Shown here: piece by piece, positions 32,528 through 42,634 of the stretch | Layout: each line of letters opens with the position of its first letter | How positions within the stretch are numbered: the first letter of the stretch is position 1 | NCBI GenBank assembly: GCA_965223795.1 | Contig: CBDCXL010000002.1 | Location: 1,696,001-1,760,000 of the forward strand | Reading direction: 5' to 3' | Length of the DNA: 64,000 nt | DNA from: Nitrospinales bacterium | GTDB lineage: Bacteria; Nitrospinota; Nitrospinia; Nitrospinales; VA-1 | Position numbers and translations under genes: made by a program | Notes under the pieces: model-generated | The model's database searches: none | The model's input: the letters and a program-made list of their open reading frames with translations, nothing else | What the model was told of the DNA's origin: nothing

Positions 32528-33652
32528 TTACTTGCTAGAGATTTTATCCAAACGCTGCATGCGAAATTCACCCGGCGGGTACACCGGCAGGGGTTCTCCG
32601 CGGTACAGCGTCTTTTTCTGGGGAGGTTCCCCGGCGAGTCTGAAGGAGTTTTGACCGAGATCGTTCGTGAGGGCCTTGAGATTCTGCGACGATTCGTTGA
32701 GGTTTTTGATCAGTTCCAAAAGGTTTCTGCGGTTTTCGAGGCGCCCCTGCTCGTTCTGCTGCAGCGCCTGATCGAGGCTGGATGATGCGAGACGAATGTT
32801 TTCGAGGGTTTTCTGCACGTCCGTGTTCAATACAGTGACCAGCTGCGCCAGATCTTCCTGATTTTCCTGCAAGAGCACGTCCAGTTTCCAGGTCAGGGTT
32901 CCGGCCTTTTTCAGCAAAGCCGCCAGGCGTTTTTCTTTTGCCTCCAACAGCGAGTCCGCTTTCGCGGCAACGGAAGCGATGCCGTCCACGGTGTCTCCCA
33001 GCGAGTTCCCGTTCTGCTTGAACACGAGCGCGAGCTGGCTGGACACATCGAGCAGGTTTTTCATGTTCGACTGGGTTTCCTCGCGGTTTTGAACCAGCAG
33101 CGTTTCCACTTTGTCGAGTGAGGTCTGAAACGTCTTGATCGTTTCCCTGGATTCGCTGGTCAATCCTTCGGCGACGGCGGTCAGGCGCTTCATCTGCAGG
33201 ATCATGTCTTCCATCATCGCGCCGGCGTCGGCGTGGGCCACCGGTTCGATGCCGAGAAGCTGCTCGCCTTCCATCAGCGGCTTGGCGTCGGGACTGCCGG
33301 GAAAAATCTCCACAAAGGGTTTGCCGCCGGGCACGGCCGCAATCTTGACCGCGGCCACGGAATCTTTCTTGAGCGGGACCGTGGCCTTGATTTTTGCCAG
33401 CACCCGGACCTGGCTGTTTTCAGAATCTTCGCCGAGGCGGTGGATTTCCGCCACCTTGCCCACTTTGAGGCCGGCGACACGGATCGGGGCGCCGGGATTG
33501 AGATCCCCCGTGGCATCGAAAACGATGTGAATCTTTTTCTGCGGTTCGAAGCTGTTTTGCAGCCCTCCAAGAAAAAACACCATCGCCACCAGTAGGACCC
33601 CGCTAATGAAAATAAACAGACCTGCTTTGTATTCAGAAGAACGGTATTCCAT
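32528..33652 (-). CDS. MCE/MlaD family protein with long helical C-terminus
   Basis: N-terminal TM; L.PGAPIRVAGLKVGKV MCE motif; coiled-coil region. Confidence 0.88.
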   Translation of the reverse strand: MEYRSSEYKAGLFIFISGVLLVAMVFFLGGLQNSFEPQKKIHIVFDATGDLNPGAPIRVAGLKVGKVAEIHRLGEDSENSQVRVLAKIKATVPLKKDSVAAVKIAAVPGGKPFVEIFPGSPDAKPLMEGEQLLGIEPVAHADAGAMMEDMILQMKRLTAVAEGLTSESRETIKTFQTSLDKVETLLVQNREETQSNMKNLLDVSSQLALVFKQNGNSLGDTVDGIASVAAKADSLLEAKEKRLAALLKKAGTLTWKLDVLLQENQEDLAQLVTVLNTDVQKTLENIRLASSSLDQALQQNEQGRLENRRNLLELIKNLNESSQNLKALTNDLGQNSFRLAGEPPQKKTLYRGEPLPVYPPGEFRMQRLDKISSK

Positions 33653-33656
33653 AAAA

Positions 33657-34463
33657 TCAGTAAGTTGTCAGTGCCTTGTCGTGTTCGTTGAACGAGTTTT
33701 GAATGAATGTGAATGGAATGGGACCGTCCGGGTTGCCCTGGATGAACTGCAGAACCCGCGGGTCGGTGCTGGTGAGCAATTCCCCGGGGGTGCCTTCGGC
33801 GATGACCCTTCCCTGCTGCAGCATGAGCATGCGGTCGGAAATCCGCAAGGCCGTCTGCACGTCCTGGGTGACCACGATGCTGGTGATCCACATTTTCCGG
33901 TTGAGATCGCTGATGAGCTTTTCCATGACGCCGGCCGCAATGGGGTCCAGTCCGTGAAACGGCTCATCGTAAAAGAGGATCTTCGGATCGAGGGCGATGG
34001 CCCGCGCAAGAGCGACACGCTTGACCATTCCCGGCGTCAATTCATCCGGGGAAGAAAGCTCCATGCCCTTGAGCCCGACCATCTCGAGTTTCATCTTCAC
34101 CATGATGCGGATGGTGCTTTCATTGAGGTCGGTGTGTTCGCGGAGCGGCAGGGCCACGTTTTCTTCCACGCTGAGCGCGCTGAACAGGGCGCCGCTTTGA
34201 AACAGGATGCCGATGTTCTTGCGCATCTGGTTTTTGGCGTCCGCATTCATGGTGACGATGTCTTTGCCGTCAATGCAGACCTCTCCCGAATCCGGGGTGC
34301 TGGCTCCGATCAGGTGCTTGAGCAATGCGTTCTTGCCGCTTTCGCCGTCTCCGACGATAGAAGTGATCTGGCCCCGCTCGAAGCGGGCGTTGAAGCCATC
34401 CAGGACACGGGTGGTCCTTTGCGGCTGCTGCACGGTCTTGTGTAAATTTTTGATTTCGATCAT
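33657..34463 (-). CDS. MlaF/Mkl-like ABC ATP-binding protein (degenerate motifs)
   Basis: IGILFQSGALF..LSVEENVALPLREH; ILFYDEP; Walker A GDGESGKN; signature LTPGM; start MIEIKNL overlaps the mlaE-like stop. Confidence 0.88.
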   Translation of the reverse strand: MIEIKNLHKTVQQPQRTTRVLDGFNARFERGQITSIVGDGESGKNALLKHLIGASTPDSGEVCIDGKDIVTMNADAKNQMRKNIGILFQSGALFSALSVEENVALPLREHTDLNESTIRIMVKMKLEMVGLKGMELSSPDELTPGMVKRVALARAIALDPKILFYDEPFHGLDPIAAGVMEKLISDLNRKMWITSIVVTQDVQTALRISDRMLMLQQGRVIAEGTPGELLTSTDPRVLQFIQGNPDGPIPFTFIQNSFNEHDKALTTY

Positions 34464-35260
34464 CGTAAAAAGTAGTAGAAGGAGTTGAACATCAGATCGG
34501 CCGTGAGAATCAGGGTCATCGACACCACCACCGAAGTTCGGGTGCTGGATCCCAGCTCTTTTGCGTTCTCGTCGAGGGTGAATGCGAAATAACTTCCCAC
34601 CATGACGATGATGACCGCAAAGGCACCGCATTTGATGAGACCGGCAACGAGATCGGCAACGCCCAGGGATCCTCTGGACACGCTGAGATAAACCGCGGGG
34701 TCGATTCCCAGGGTGGTGATGCCGGTCAGGAAACCGCCGAGCAGCGCCATCGCGTCTCCCATGATGGTGAGGCAGGGAACCATCATCAGGATCGCCAAAA
34801 ACCGCGGCGTGATCAGTATCTTGACCGGATTGAGGGCCATGGACTCCAGCGCCAGGATCTCGTCGGAAACCTTCATGCTGCCAAGCTCAGCGGTGAAATA
34901 CGCGCCCACCCGGCCCGCAAGCACAAGAGCGGTGAGAAGGGGGCCGATTTCCCCCCAGATGATGGCGGCCGTCATGGAACCCAGGTTGGCGGGCGTGCCG
35001 AGCCGGGATAGCTGCAACGAGAGGATGACCCCGGCGAGAAACGAAACCAGAAGAACGAGCGGCAACGAACGGACTCCGATTTCCTCCATCTGTTTAAAAA
35101 CGGGAGCCCATCGGTTGGATTTTCCGCGAAACGGTTCGATGAACGAACAGTACAACGTCGCTTTTGTCAGTTCATAAAGCCCGTTGATCTCTCTAAAAAA
35201 ATCCAGAGCCGCTTCACGAAACGAAACCTGTTTTTTTTCAAGCTCCAGAACGTTTTTCAT
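34460..35260 (-). CDS. MlaE family ABC permease
   Basis: EIGPLLTALVLAGRVGA..TAELGSMKVSDEI.AL; PRFLA. Confidence 0.9.
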   Translation of the reverse strand: MKNVLELEKKQVSFREAALDFFREINGLYELTKATLYCSFIEPFRGKSNRWAPVFKQMEEIGVRSLPLVLLVSFLAGVILSLQLSRLGTPANLGSMTAAIIWGEIGPLLTALVLAGRVGAYFTAELGSMKVSDEILALESMALNPVKILITPRFLAILMMVPCLTIMGDAMALLGGFLTGITTLGIDPAVYLSVSRGSLGVADLVAGLIKCGAFAVIIVMVGSYFAFTLDENAKELGSSTRTSVVVSMTLILTADLMFNSFYYFLR

Positions 35261-36159
35261 CACACGCTTCCCATCCGGATTCGTTATAAGGCGGTCGCAT
35301 TCCGGAAAATGGCAGACCACTCCTCACCACGATCCCATATCGAGCCAACCGCTGCGAACCCCAGTCCTGACGGGCGTATGCGCCGCTTGGCCGCATCTCA
35401 CGTTTACTTTGCTCCTCCTGAATTTTAAATTTATGACAGTTCCCAAAGAGGAACAACCACTGGTTTTTATTTTTTCTTCAACCCTAAGTAATGTTTGGCT
35501 TTTTAAGTCGGAAAAAATTTGCGCGCCCGGGCTGTTTAAACCGGTGAAAGAAAAACGGATTTGGCTCACATTCGGAACATGAATGGAGCGCATTGTTTCA
35601 ACTGCGCTTTTTACGTCGTTGAGGATTTTATGGACTCCTCACAATGTTAGAAAATAGTTTGATCGGGTTACGATTCGTGAAAACGGTTCGGACCGTTCGT
35701 TTTAAGTTCGCTTTCATTGCACGCACGCGGCAATAAAATCACCACTTCTGTTTTTTACTGTGCTGCCGTATTGGATGCACAAACTTCAATCAAAACAAGC
35801 TGCCCGAAAAGTGGGGTTGCATGGCTGCTTTGAGGAACGCCGCGAGAAGCCGATCGATGGTTGCACTTTGGCGGGATCACGAACATAATATGCGTTTTTG
35901 TGCGCTGAAAAAGTCTTGCAAGCCCCGTCGCAAAGCCTCCAAGGCAGGCGGGATGGAAATGCCGGCCTTGCGAAAGCCTGTGTGTGTCCGAAGGCGTCCG
36001 CGAAACGCCCTCTGGCGGGTAATGGATCAGCAGGGCATTGTTTTTCAAGCATTCTCACTGGAGCGGGTTCAGATTTGGCTTTATCTTGATTGGCAACAAA
36101 GCTACAATATTGAAGGGGTCAGGAAATCCAAAACCAACGAATCCGGGCAATGAATTGAA

Positions 36160-36501
36160 ATGCAAAGGTCTTGGGAAGGAATGCACGCGGTCCTTGCAAA
36201 ATCCTTATCATTGATCGAGATTTCTCCCGACAATTCTCTGGAATGGGCTGCTTTTTGCTGGAACTTCACCGTAGGCGCCCAAATCGCGGCTGTGACCGAA
36301 GTTTCCGGAATTTCCCCTAAAACCCTTCGAGTTTGTGTGAACGACCCGAAATGGATTCCGGTTTTACAAGCCATGAACGGGAAAGTCTTGAGCAAAATCA
36401 AAAAACAGGCAGGGATGGAAACGCTGGAACACATTCGATACGACCGGAATCGAGCCAGCACGGCGGGCCCCACCCGGTTTTCCTCAAAATCAGACAAGTG
36501 A
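36160..36501 (+). CDS. DUF721/DciA family protein
   Basis: W..TVG.QIA..T....TLRVCV.DP.W...L pattern; about 113 aa. Confidence 0.65.
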   Translation: MQRSWEGMHAVLAKSLSLIEISPDNSLEWAAFCWNFTVGAQIAAVTEVSGISPKTLRVCVNDPKWIPVLQAMNGKVLSKIKKQAGMETLEHIRYDRNRASTAGPTRFSSKSDK

Positions 36502-36530
36502 CTACCGTCTTTCAATACAAATAATTTTAT

Positions 36531-38396
36531 ATGATGCAAGGAACAGTGAACATGACCAAAGATCCGACTTCCCGAAACGGTTTTGCCTTCATTTGGAAGG
36601 AACGATTTTTCCCATGTGCGGTTCTTGCCGTGAGCGGAATGCTTTCCGCCTGCAGTTCGCTGCCTGCGGGGCACGCTTCATCCGGCACCATCGATTTGTC
36701 CTCGTCTTACGCGTTGCCTGTGGATGTGCGATCGAACGGGAGCAAAGAAAAAAACGTGCACCGGGATCCCCGCGCCTATTACAACTACCTGCTGGCATTG
36801 AAAGCGCAACGGGACTCGGATTTTTCCAAAGCGGCCACACATTACCAGAAGGTGGTCGAGTACGACCCCAATTCGGAAGACATTCATGAAAAGCTCGCCG
36901 GTCTGCTGCTGCGGTCGGGCCGGTTTGACGAACTGGCGGACTTTGCCAAAAAAGCGCTGAAATTATTTCCGAAGAACCTGGCTCTGAACATGATCATGGC
37001 GGACATCCTGGCGGGCCGGGGCGAGTATTACAACGCGATCAAGTATTACGGCAACGTGGCCCGGATGGATCCGGGCGGAGCGCGTGCCTATCTTTTGCAG
37101 GGAACGGTTTACGAAAAATTGAAAGAGCACGACCGCGCCCAGGAAATGTTCAAGCAGGTGGTTTTGTCCGAGCCTTCCAACCCGCTGGGCCACCATTATC
37201 TGGGTCGTTCCTACCTGAGGCAGAACAATCTGGAAGAAGCGCAGAAAAGTCTGGAAAAGTCGGTCTCGCTGCGCCCCAATTTCATACATTCAAGAGAGCA
37301 CCTGGCCTGGGTGCTGAAACAGCAGGGGAAGCTCGATCAGGCGCGCAGGGAATACAAGCTTCTATTGAAGCTGAATCCTCGCAACAAACGTGTGCGCGCG
37401 CATCTCGAAAGCATCAAGGGCCTTGAAAACAACGACGCGGGGGGCCGTTCCCAGGAGGAGGGGATTCCCAAGGAGTTGGAAAAACAGCCCGATGTGCATA
37501 TGAACATCGCCACCATCTTTTATGAGCAGGCCATCTACCTCAAGGCGCTGGATGAGTTTCAACTGACGCTGCTGCATGAAGACCGCAAAGAGCCGCACAT
37601 GCTCATGGCGCGGATTTATGAAATTTTAGGGAAGCTGGACAAATCGATCGAGGAATTTGAAATCATCCGAAAGATGAATCCGAAATCGGTTGAGATCCTG
37701 CGTTACACCGCGCGGCTTTACAGCTTGAACCAGCAGCCGGACAAAGCGGTGGAACTGCTCAAAAACGCGATCGAGCTCGAACCGGAAAACGATTCGCTGT
37801 ACCATTCGATTTCCTTGGCCTACATGACCAGTGAAAAATACGATAAGGCCATCGAGAACATGCGCACCGCGATCACCCTGAATGACAGCAAGGATTCTTA
37901 TTATTTTGAGTTGGGGGCGCTTCTGGAGCGGGCCGGGGAGTACGACGGCGCGATCGAGAACATGCAGCGCGCGATCGAGATCAACCCCATGCATTCCAAC
38001 GCTCACAATTTCCTGGGCTACATGTACGCAACCCAGGGCCGCTACCTGGACAAGGCGCTCACGCATTTAAAGAAAGCCCTTTCGATTCAGCCGAGAAACG
38101 GATACTTCCTCGACAGTCTGGGGTGGATATATTATAAAAAGGGCGAATCGGAAAAGGCGTTGCACGAGATCAAAAAAGCCATGGTGTATACCTCGCCGGA
38201 CCCGGTGTTGTACGACCATTTGGGAGACATTCAGTTTTCCCTGAAGAATTATTCCGAGGCGAGCGGTGCCTGGAAAACCAGCTTGTCTTTGACCCGTATC
38301 AAAAAGGAAGAGAATGAAGGGGGAGAATTGCCCGATCCTGATGTTCTCAAACAAAAGATCGACAAGGCACACAGCCTGTTGCGGCAGAGTTTCTAG
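36531..38396 (+). CDS. Large TPR lipoprotein (hemA/lolB-ispE locus type)
   Basis: Lipobox LSAC; many TPRs; AHNFLGY..., YFLDSLGWIYYK, DHLGD. Confidence 0.88.
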   Translation: MMQGTVNMTKDPTSRNGFAFIWKERFFPCAVLAVSGMLSACSSLPAGHASSGTIDLSSSYALPVDVRSNGSKEKNVHRDPRAYYNYLLALKAQRDSDFSKAATHYQKVVEYDPNSEDIHEKLAGLLLRSGRFDELADFAKKALKLFPKNLALNMIMADILAGRGEYYNAIKYYGNVARMDPGGARAYLLQGTVYEKLKEHDRAQEMFKQVVLSEPSNPLGHHYLGRSYLRQNNLEEAQKSLEKSVSLRPNFIHSREHLAWVLKQQGKLDQARREYKLLLKLNPRNKRVRAHLESIKGLENNDAGGRSQEEGIPKELEKQPDVHMNIATIFYEQAIYLKALDEFQLTLLHEDRKEPHMLMARIYEILGKLDKSIEEFEIIRKMNPKSVEILRYTARLYSLNQQPDKAVELLKNAIELEPENDSLYHSISLAYMTSEKYDKAIENMRTAITLNDSKDSYYFELGALLERAGEYDGAIENMQRAIEINPMHSNAHNFLGYMYATQGRYLDKALTHLKKALSIQPRNGYFLDSLGWIYYKKGESEKALHEIKKAMVYTSPDPVLYDHLGDIQFSLKNYSEASGAWKTSLSLTRIKKEENEGGELPDPDVLKQKIDKAHSLLRQSF

Positions 38397-38417
38397 GCTT
38401 TTCTCCTTAAGGAGGTC

Positions 38418-39230
38418 ATGAACTTCCGGACCTTTGCATTTCGCATTTGGACGTTCCTGGGGATTTTTGCGGGCGGTTTCGTTCTTTCCGCCTGCCAGAC
38501 GGTTCCCGGGACGGATCACCTTTCCCGCGACCGCGTTTCCTTAGAATACATCCATCAGCGTCTGCTCGAACGGCAGGCGGGCATCAGCGATCTCAGATCC
38601 TTCGTCAATACCAAGGTGAAGGGGAAGAAGGTCCGCCATTCATTCCGCCAGGTGCTGCTGGTCCGCGACGACAATTCCCTGAGAATCGATACATTCAACC
38701 TGTTCGGCCAGACACTGGGCGTTTTCATCATCGACGGGCCCAACACGCTGCTCTACGATCCCAACAACAACCGCCTGTTCCGCGGGCGCGATGTGGAAAC
38801 CATGCTGCAAAGGACGATCGGCATCAACCTGGATCTGCGCGCCTACGCGAGTGTGTTCTTCGGCAACATCCCCCAGCTCCACCAGCTCAAAATCATCCGC
38901 GGCCGGCTCACCGATGACCGGAAGAAATACCACCTGACGGCGATCGATCCGGAAAAAAAGGGCACCGTCGAGATCGATCTGGACGCCTACACGCTGCTGC
39001 CCTCGCGGGTGTCCCGGCTGGACAACGGCGAGCCCACGTATCAGGTGCATTGGGCGGACTACCGCGCTGTGGGCGACCGTGAATTTCCGCATCAACTGAC
39101 CCTGGAGCTTCCGGTGCGCGGCGAGACCATGACCTTGAAATACACGGATCCGACGTTGAATGCAGGACTTCCGGGAGATGCTTTCAAGCTTCCCCAGGAA
39201 GCGGAAAACCTGTCTCTTTCCAGATACTAG
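38418..39230 (+). CDS. LolB-like/DUF4292 lipoprotein
   Basis: Lipobox LSAC; LolA/LolB-like beta-rich sequence; located between the TPR gene and ispE. Confidence 0.7.
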   Translation: MNFRTFAFRIWTFLGIFAGGFVLSACQTVPGTDHLSRDRVSLEYIHQRLLERQAGISDLRSFVNTKVKGKKVRHSFRQVLLVRDDNSLRIDTFNLFGQTLGVFIIDGPNTLLYDPNNNRLFRGRDVETMLQRTIGINLDLRAYASVFFGNIPQLHQLKIIRGRLTDDRKKYHLTAIDPEKKGTVEIDLDAYTLLPSRVSRLDNGEPTYQVHWADYRAVGDREFPHQLTLELPVRGETMTLKYTDPTLNAGLPGDAFKLPQEAENLSLSRY

Positions 39231-39247
39231 CCCCGTTCGGGGACGAT

Positions 39248-40147
39248 GTGACACTTTCCTTTAAAACGCCGGCGAAGATCAACCTGGGGCTGTGCATACT
39301 GGGCAAGCGGCCCGACGGCTACCATGAACTGGAAACCCTGCTGCAGATGGTTTCCCTGTATGATGAAATCGACCTTGAGCCGGCCCCCAAAGGGGTGGCG
39401 CTGGACTGCGACAGCCCCAACATTCCCAAAGACGCATCCAACCTGGTCGTGCGTGCGGCGGCGCTGCTTGAGGAAGCGTGCCCGGAAAAAAGTTCGGGGG
39501 CCCGAATCCGGCTGAAAAAAAATATCCCCGCAGGCGCGGGTCTGGGCGGCGGCAGCGGCAATGCGGCCGGGGTGCTGATGGGGCTCAACCGGCTCTGGGA
39601 CCTCAAACTGTCTCCGGAGCGGCTTTCGCATTTAGCGGCGAAACTGGGCTCCGACGTGCCCTTCTTCCTCGGGTCTCCGTGCGCGTTGGGAACGGGACGG
39701 GGTGAGATCGTCCATCCCGTGAAACCCTCTGGAAAATTTAGCGTCGTTCTGGTTTACCCGGGGTTTCCCATTGCCACTTCCGAGGTCTATGGAGCCTTAA
39801 AAATCAAGTTGACAAACCCCGGAAATCATATTAGCATTCTCAAAAAATTTTTATCCGAATCGGAGATTGCCGCCTTAGGGAGCCAATTGCACAACGACTT
39901 GGAACCTGTTGTGGAAAAAAGGTTTCCAGAAATAGAGGCCATAAAAAGTGAACTTTTAGCTCATGGGGCGAAAGGGGCTCTTCTATCTGGGAGTGGTTCT
40001 ACAGTCTTTGGCATCTTTGACAACCCGGAACATGCGAATCATGCATGTTCAAATATGACGTTGCGGGAAACCGGGCTGTCGTTTGTAACGGAAACCATTT
40101 CGGACGTTTCCGAGTTTTTGCCAGAGGAAATGCTGAATTACCCATAG
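39248..40147 (+). CDS. ispE: 4-diphosphocytidyl-2-C-methyl-D-erythritol kinase
   Basis: PAKINL, R.DGYHEL, KNIPAGAGLGGGS, GSDVPFF, LSGSGSTVF. Confidence 0.96.
   Translation: MTLSFKTPAKINLGLCILGKRPDGYHELETLLQMVSLYDEIDLEPAPKGVALDCDSPNIPKDASNLVVRAAALLEEACPEKSSGARIRLKKNIPAGAGLGGGSGNAAGVLMGLNRLWDLKLSPERLSHLAAKLGSDVPFFLGSPCALGTGRGEIVHPVKPSGKFSVVLVYPGFPIATSEVYGALKIKLTNPGNHISILKKFLSESEIAALGSQLHNDLEPVVEKRFPEIEAIKSELLAHGAKGALLSGSGSTVFGIFDNPEHANHACSNMTLRETGLSFVTETISDVSEFLPEEMLNYP
39809..39837 (+). promoter_or_regulatory. Putative sigma70 promoter internal to ispE
   Basis: TTGACA-17 nt-TAGCAT in an AT-enriched stretch of ispE. Confidence 0.5.
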
Positions 40148-40336
40148 TGTTGCGAGGATCCCTTTCGCAATCGCTTTGGGCTCACTTCAGGCAACACCCC
40201 TCCTCCCCGCATTCCGTTTCTGTTTTTCATCCACTATCATCTGTTTTCTCTGGGATCAAGATTTCGGCTGGACCCATGACCCGGTATCCGAAGATGATGA
40301 TTCAAGGTCATCGCGGTCAGGAATCGTGAAGGTTTT

Positions 40337-40409
40337 TGGGGCGTCGACAAGCGGCTAAGTCACAGGATTTTGGTTCCTGCATTCGGAGGTTCGAATCCTC
40401 CCGCCCCAG
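40337..40409 (+). tRNA. tRNA-Gln(TTG)
   Basis: TGGGGCG...CAGGA TT TTG GT TCCTG...GGTTCGAATCC..CGCCCCAG; conserved ispE-tRNA-Gln-prs synteny. Confidence 0.95.
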
Positions 40410-40424
40410 TTTCTATGAGGCTGT

Positions 40425-41378
40425 ATGGACGCACACGATAACGGCAGAGTTCTGGTGTTTTCAGGAAGGGCGAATCCTTTGCTGGCGGAGGATATCTGCC
40501 GTTACATGAACGTCGCCCTCGGCAGGACGGTCATCCGGGATTTTTCCGACAATGAAATTTATGTGAAGATCGATGAAAACGTGCGCGGCGGCGATGTGTT
40601 CGTGATCCAGTCCACGTGCAACCCCGGAAACACCAACCTGATGGAAATGCTCATCATGATCGATGCGCTCAGGCGGTCGTCCGCTAAACGGATCACCGCG
40701 GTGCTCCCGTATTACGGCTATGCCCGGCAGGACCGCAAATGCGAGCCCCGCGTTCCCATCACCTCCAAGCTGGTGGCGGACCTGCTGGAAACCGCCGGTA
40801 CCGACCGGGTGCTGACGGTGGATCTGCACGCCGGGCAGATTCAGGGTTTTTTCGACGTTCCCGTGGACCATCTGTTCGCCATGAACGTGCTGGTGAAATA
40901 CATCAAGGAGTTGGACATCCAGGACCTCATCGTCATTTCCCCCGACGCGGGCGGGGTGGAGCGGGCCCGCGCGTTCGCCAAGCGATTGGGGGCTTCGCTC
41001 GCCATCATCGACAAACGCCGGGAAGCTCCCAATGAGGCGAAAGCCATGAACATCATCGGTGATGTGCAGGGAAAAGCGGCGTTCATCGTGGATGACATGA
41101 TCGACACCGCGGGCACTCTGATGGAAGCGACCGACGCGCTGCTCGAACAGGGCGCCAAGGAGGTGCACGCCTGCTGCACGCATCCGGTGTTGTCCGGCCC
41201 CGCGGCGGAGCGGATCGACGCGTCGCCGCTGAAATCGCTGGTGGCGACCAACACGATCCCGCTGCACGACAGGCTGGAGAACAACCCTAAAGTGAAAATT
41301 TTATCGGTCGCTCCCCTGCTGGGAGAGGCGATTCTCAGAATACACCGGGAGACCTCGGTGAGTTCGTTATTCGATTGA
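40425..41378 (+). CDS. prs: Ribose-phosphate pyrophosphokinase
   Basis: [42 protein letters not shown]. Confidence 0.98.
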   Translation: MDAHDNGRVLVFSGRANPLLAEDICRYMNVALGRTVIRDFSDNEIYVKIDENVRGGDVFVIQSTCNPGNTNLMEMLIMIDALRRSSAKRITAVLPYYGYARQDRKCEPRVPITSKLVADLLETAGTDRVLTVDLHAGQIQGFFDVPVDHLFAMNVLVKYIKELDIQDLIVISPDAGGVERARAFAKRLGASLAIIDKRREAPNEAKAMNIIGDVQGKAAFIVDDMIDTAGTLMEATDALLEQGAKEVHACCTHPVLSGPAAERIDASPLKSLVATNTIPLHDRLENNPKVKILSVAPLLGEAILRIHRETSVSSLFD

Positions 41379-41390
41379 TCGGGAGGCATC

Positions 41391-42065
41391 ATGGCGTCAG
41401 CGGCATTGGAAGGAAAACTCAGGGATCAAAAGGGCAAGTCCGCCGCGCGGAAAGTCCGGCGGGAAAACTTTCTTCCAGGCGTCCTCTATGGTTTGAAGGA
41501 CAACCTGCTTTTGAAGGTGAACCCGAAGCAGCTGCATAAAATCATCGAAAAAAAGGGGCAGAATACTCTGATCGAACTGAACCTCGAGGGCGACAGCGTG
41601 CCGAAGCGCCAGGTGATCCTGAAAGACCACCAGAGGCATCCGCTTGATGAGAACTGGCTGCACGTGGATTTTCTGGAAGTGGACATGACCAAAAAGACAA
41701 ACGTGCTGGTTCCCATTAAGCTCGTGGGACACTCGCCGGGCGAAAAGCTGGGCGGCCTGGTCAACCACGTGATGAAAGAATTGCATGTGGAGTGCCTGCC
41801 CGGCGACATTCCGGAAGATCTGGAAATCGATATGACCCAGGTGCAGCTGGGCGACGTGGTGCACGTGAAAGACCTGCCGGTATCCGAAAAGATGACGATC
41901 ACCGACGATCCGATGGATACGGTGGTCAGCGTCTACGTTGAGAAGGTCAAGGAAGAGGCCCCGGCTGAGGGCGAGGAAGGCGAAGAAGCCGAAGGTGAAG
42001 CCGCCGATCAGGAAGCCAAAGAAGACAAGGACGCCGATAAGGCCGATAAGAAAGAGGGCTCCTGA
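41391..42065 (+). CDS. rplY: 50S ribosomal protein L25/Ctc
   Basis: GKSAARKVRR...PGVLYG; HVDF; long CTC form with acidic tail. Confidence 0.95.
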   Translation: MASAALEGKLRDQKGKSAARKVRRENFLPGVLYGLKDNLLLKVNPKQLHKIIEKKGQNTLIELNLEGDSVPKRQVILKDHQRHPLDENWLHVDFLEVDMTKKTNVLVPIKLVGHSPGEKLGGLVNHVMKELHVECLPGDIPEDLEIDMTQVQLGDVVHVKDLPVSEKMTITDDPMDTVVSVYVEKVKEEAPAEGEEGEEAEGEAADQEAKEDKDADKADKKEGS

Positions 42066-42074
42066 GCCGGCGCT

Positions 42075-42629
42075 GTGTATCTTATTCTGGGCCTCGGTAA
42101 TCCCGGGCCGCGTTATGAACTGACACGGCACAACGCGGGTTTCCTCGTCGCGGACAATCTGGCGGACAAGCACGGCATTGCACTTGCGCGTCATGGTCAC
42201 CAATGCCTCTATGGGCAGGGAATGATCGAGGGCCTCGCGGTTGTGGTTGCCAAGCCCATGACGTACATGAACCGGAGCGGCCGGTCTGCCAAGGCGCTGG
42301 TTTCCGCTTTTGAGATTCTTCCTGAACAGGTCCTTGTCGTGCATGACGACATTGATCTTCCCCTGGGAAAAATCAAAAAGAAGAGCAAAGGGGGGGATGG
42401 AGGCCAGCTCGGCATCCGCTCCATCACCGAATCCCTGCGGACTCCCGAATACCATCGAATCCGCATCGGAATCGGACGGCCCGAAGACCAGGACGATATC
42501 GTCGATTACGTGCTGTCCTCCTTTGAAGAGGAGGAAATGGAAACGTTGAACGAAGTCATCGAAAATGCGGTGCGACTCATAGAAACGACGCTCATGGAAC
42601 TCAACAGAACTCATCAAACGGAGGATTGA
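42075..42629 (+). CDS. pth: Peptidyl-tRNA hydrolase
   Basis: [40 protein letters not shown]. Confidence 0.96.
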   Translation: MYLILGLGNPGPRYELTRHNAGFLVADNLADKHGIALARHGHQCLYGQGMIEGLAVVVAKPMTYMNRSGRSAKALVSAFEILPEQVLVVHDDIDLPLGKIKKKSKGGDGGQLGIRSITESLRTPEYHRIRIGIGRPEDQDDIVDYVLSSFEEEEMETLNEVIENAVRLIETTLMELNRTHQTED

Positions 42630-42634
42630 ACAGG

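Noticed and set aside
35915..35980. GTCGCAAAGCCTCC resembling the c-di-GMP-I riboswitch core
   Set aside because: Lacks the upstream GGCAAACC/GNRA P2 hairpin and a matching P3/P1.
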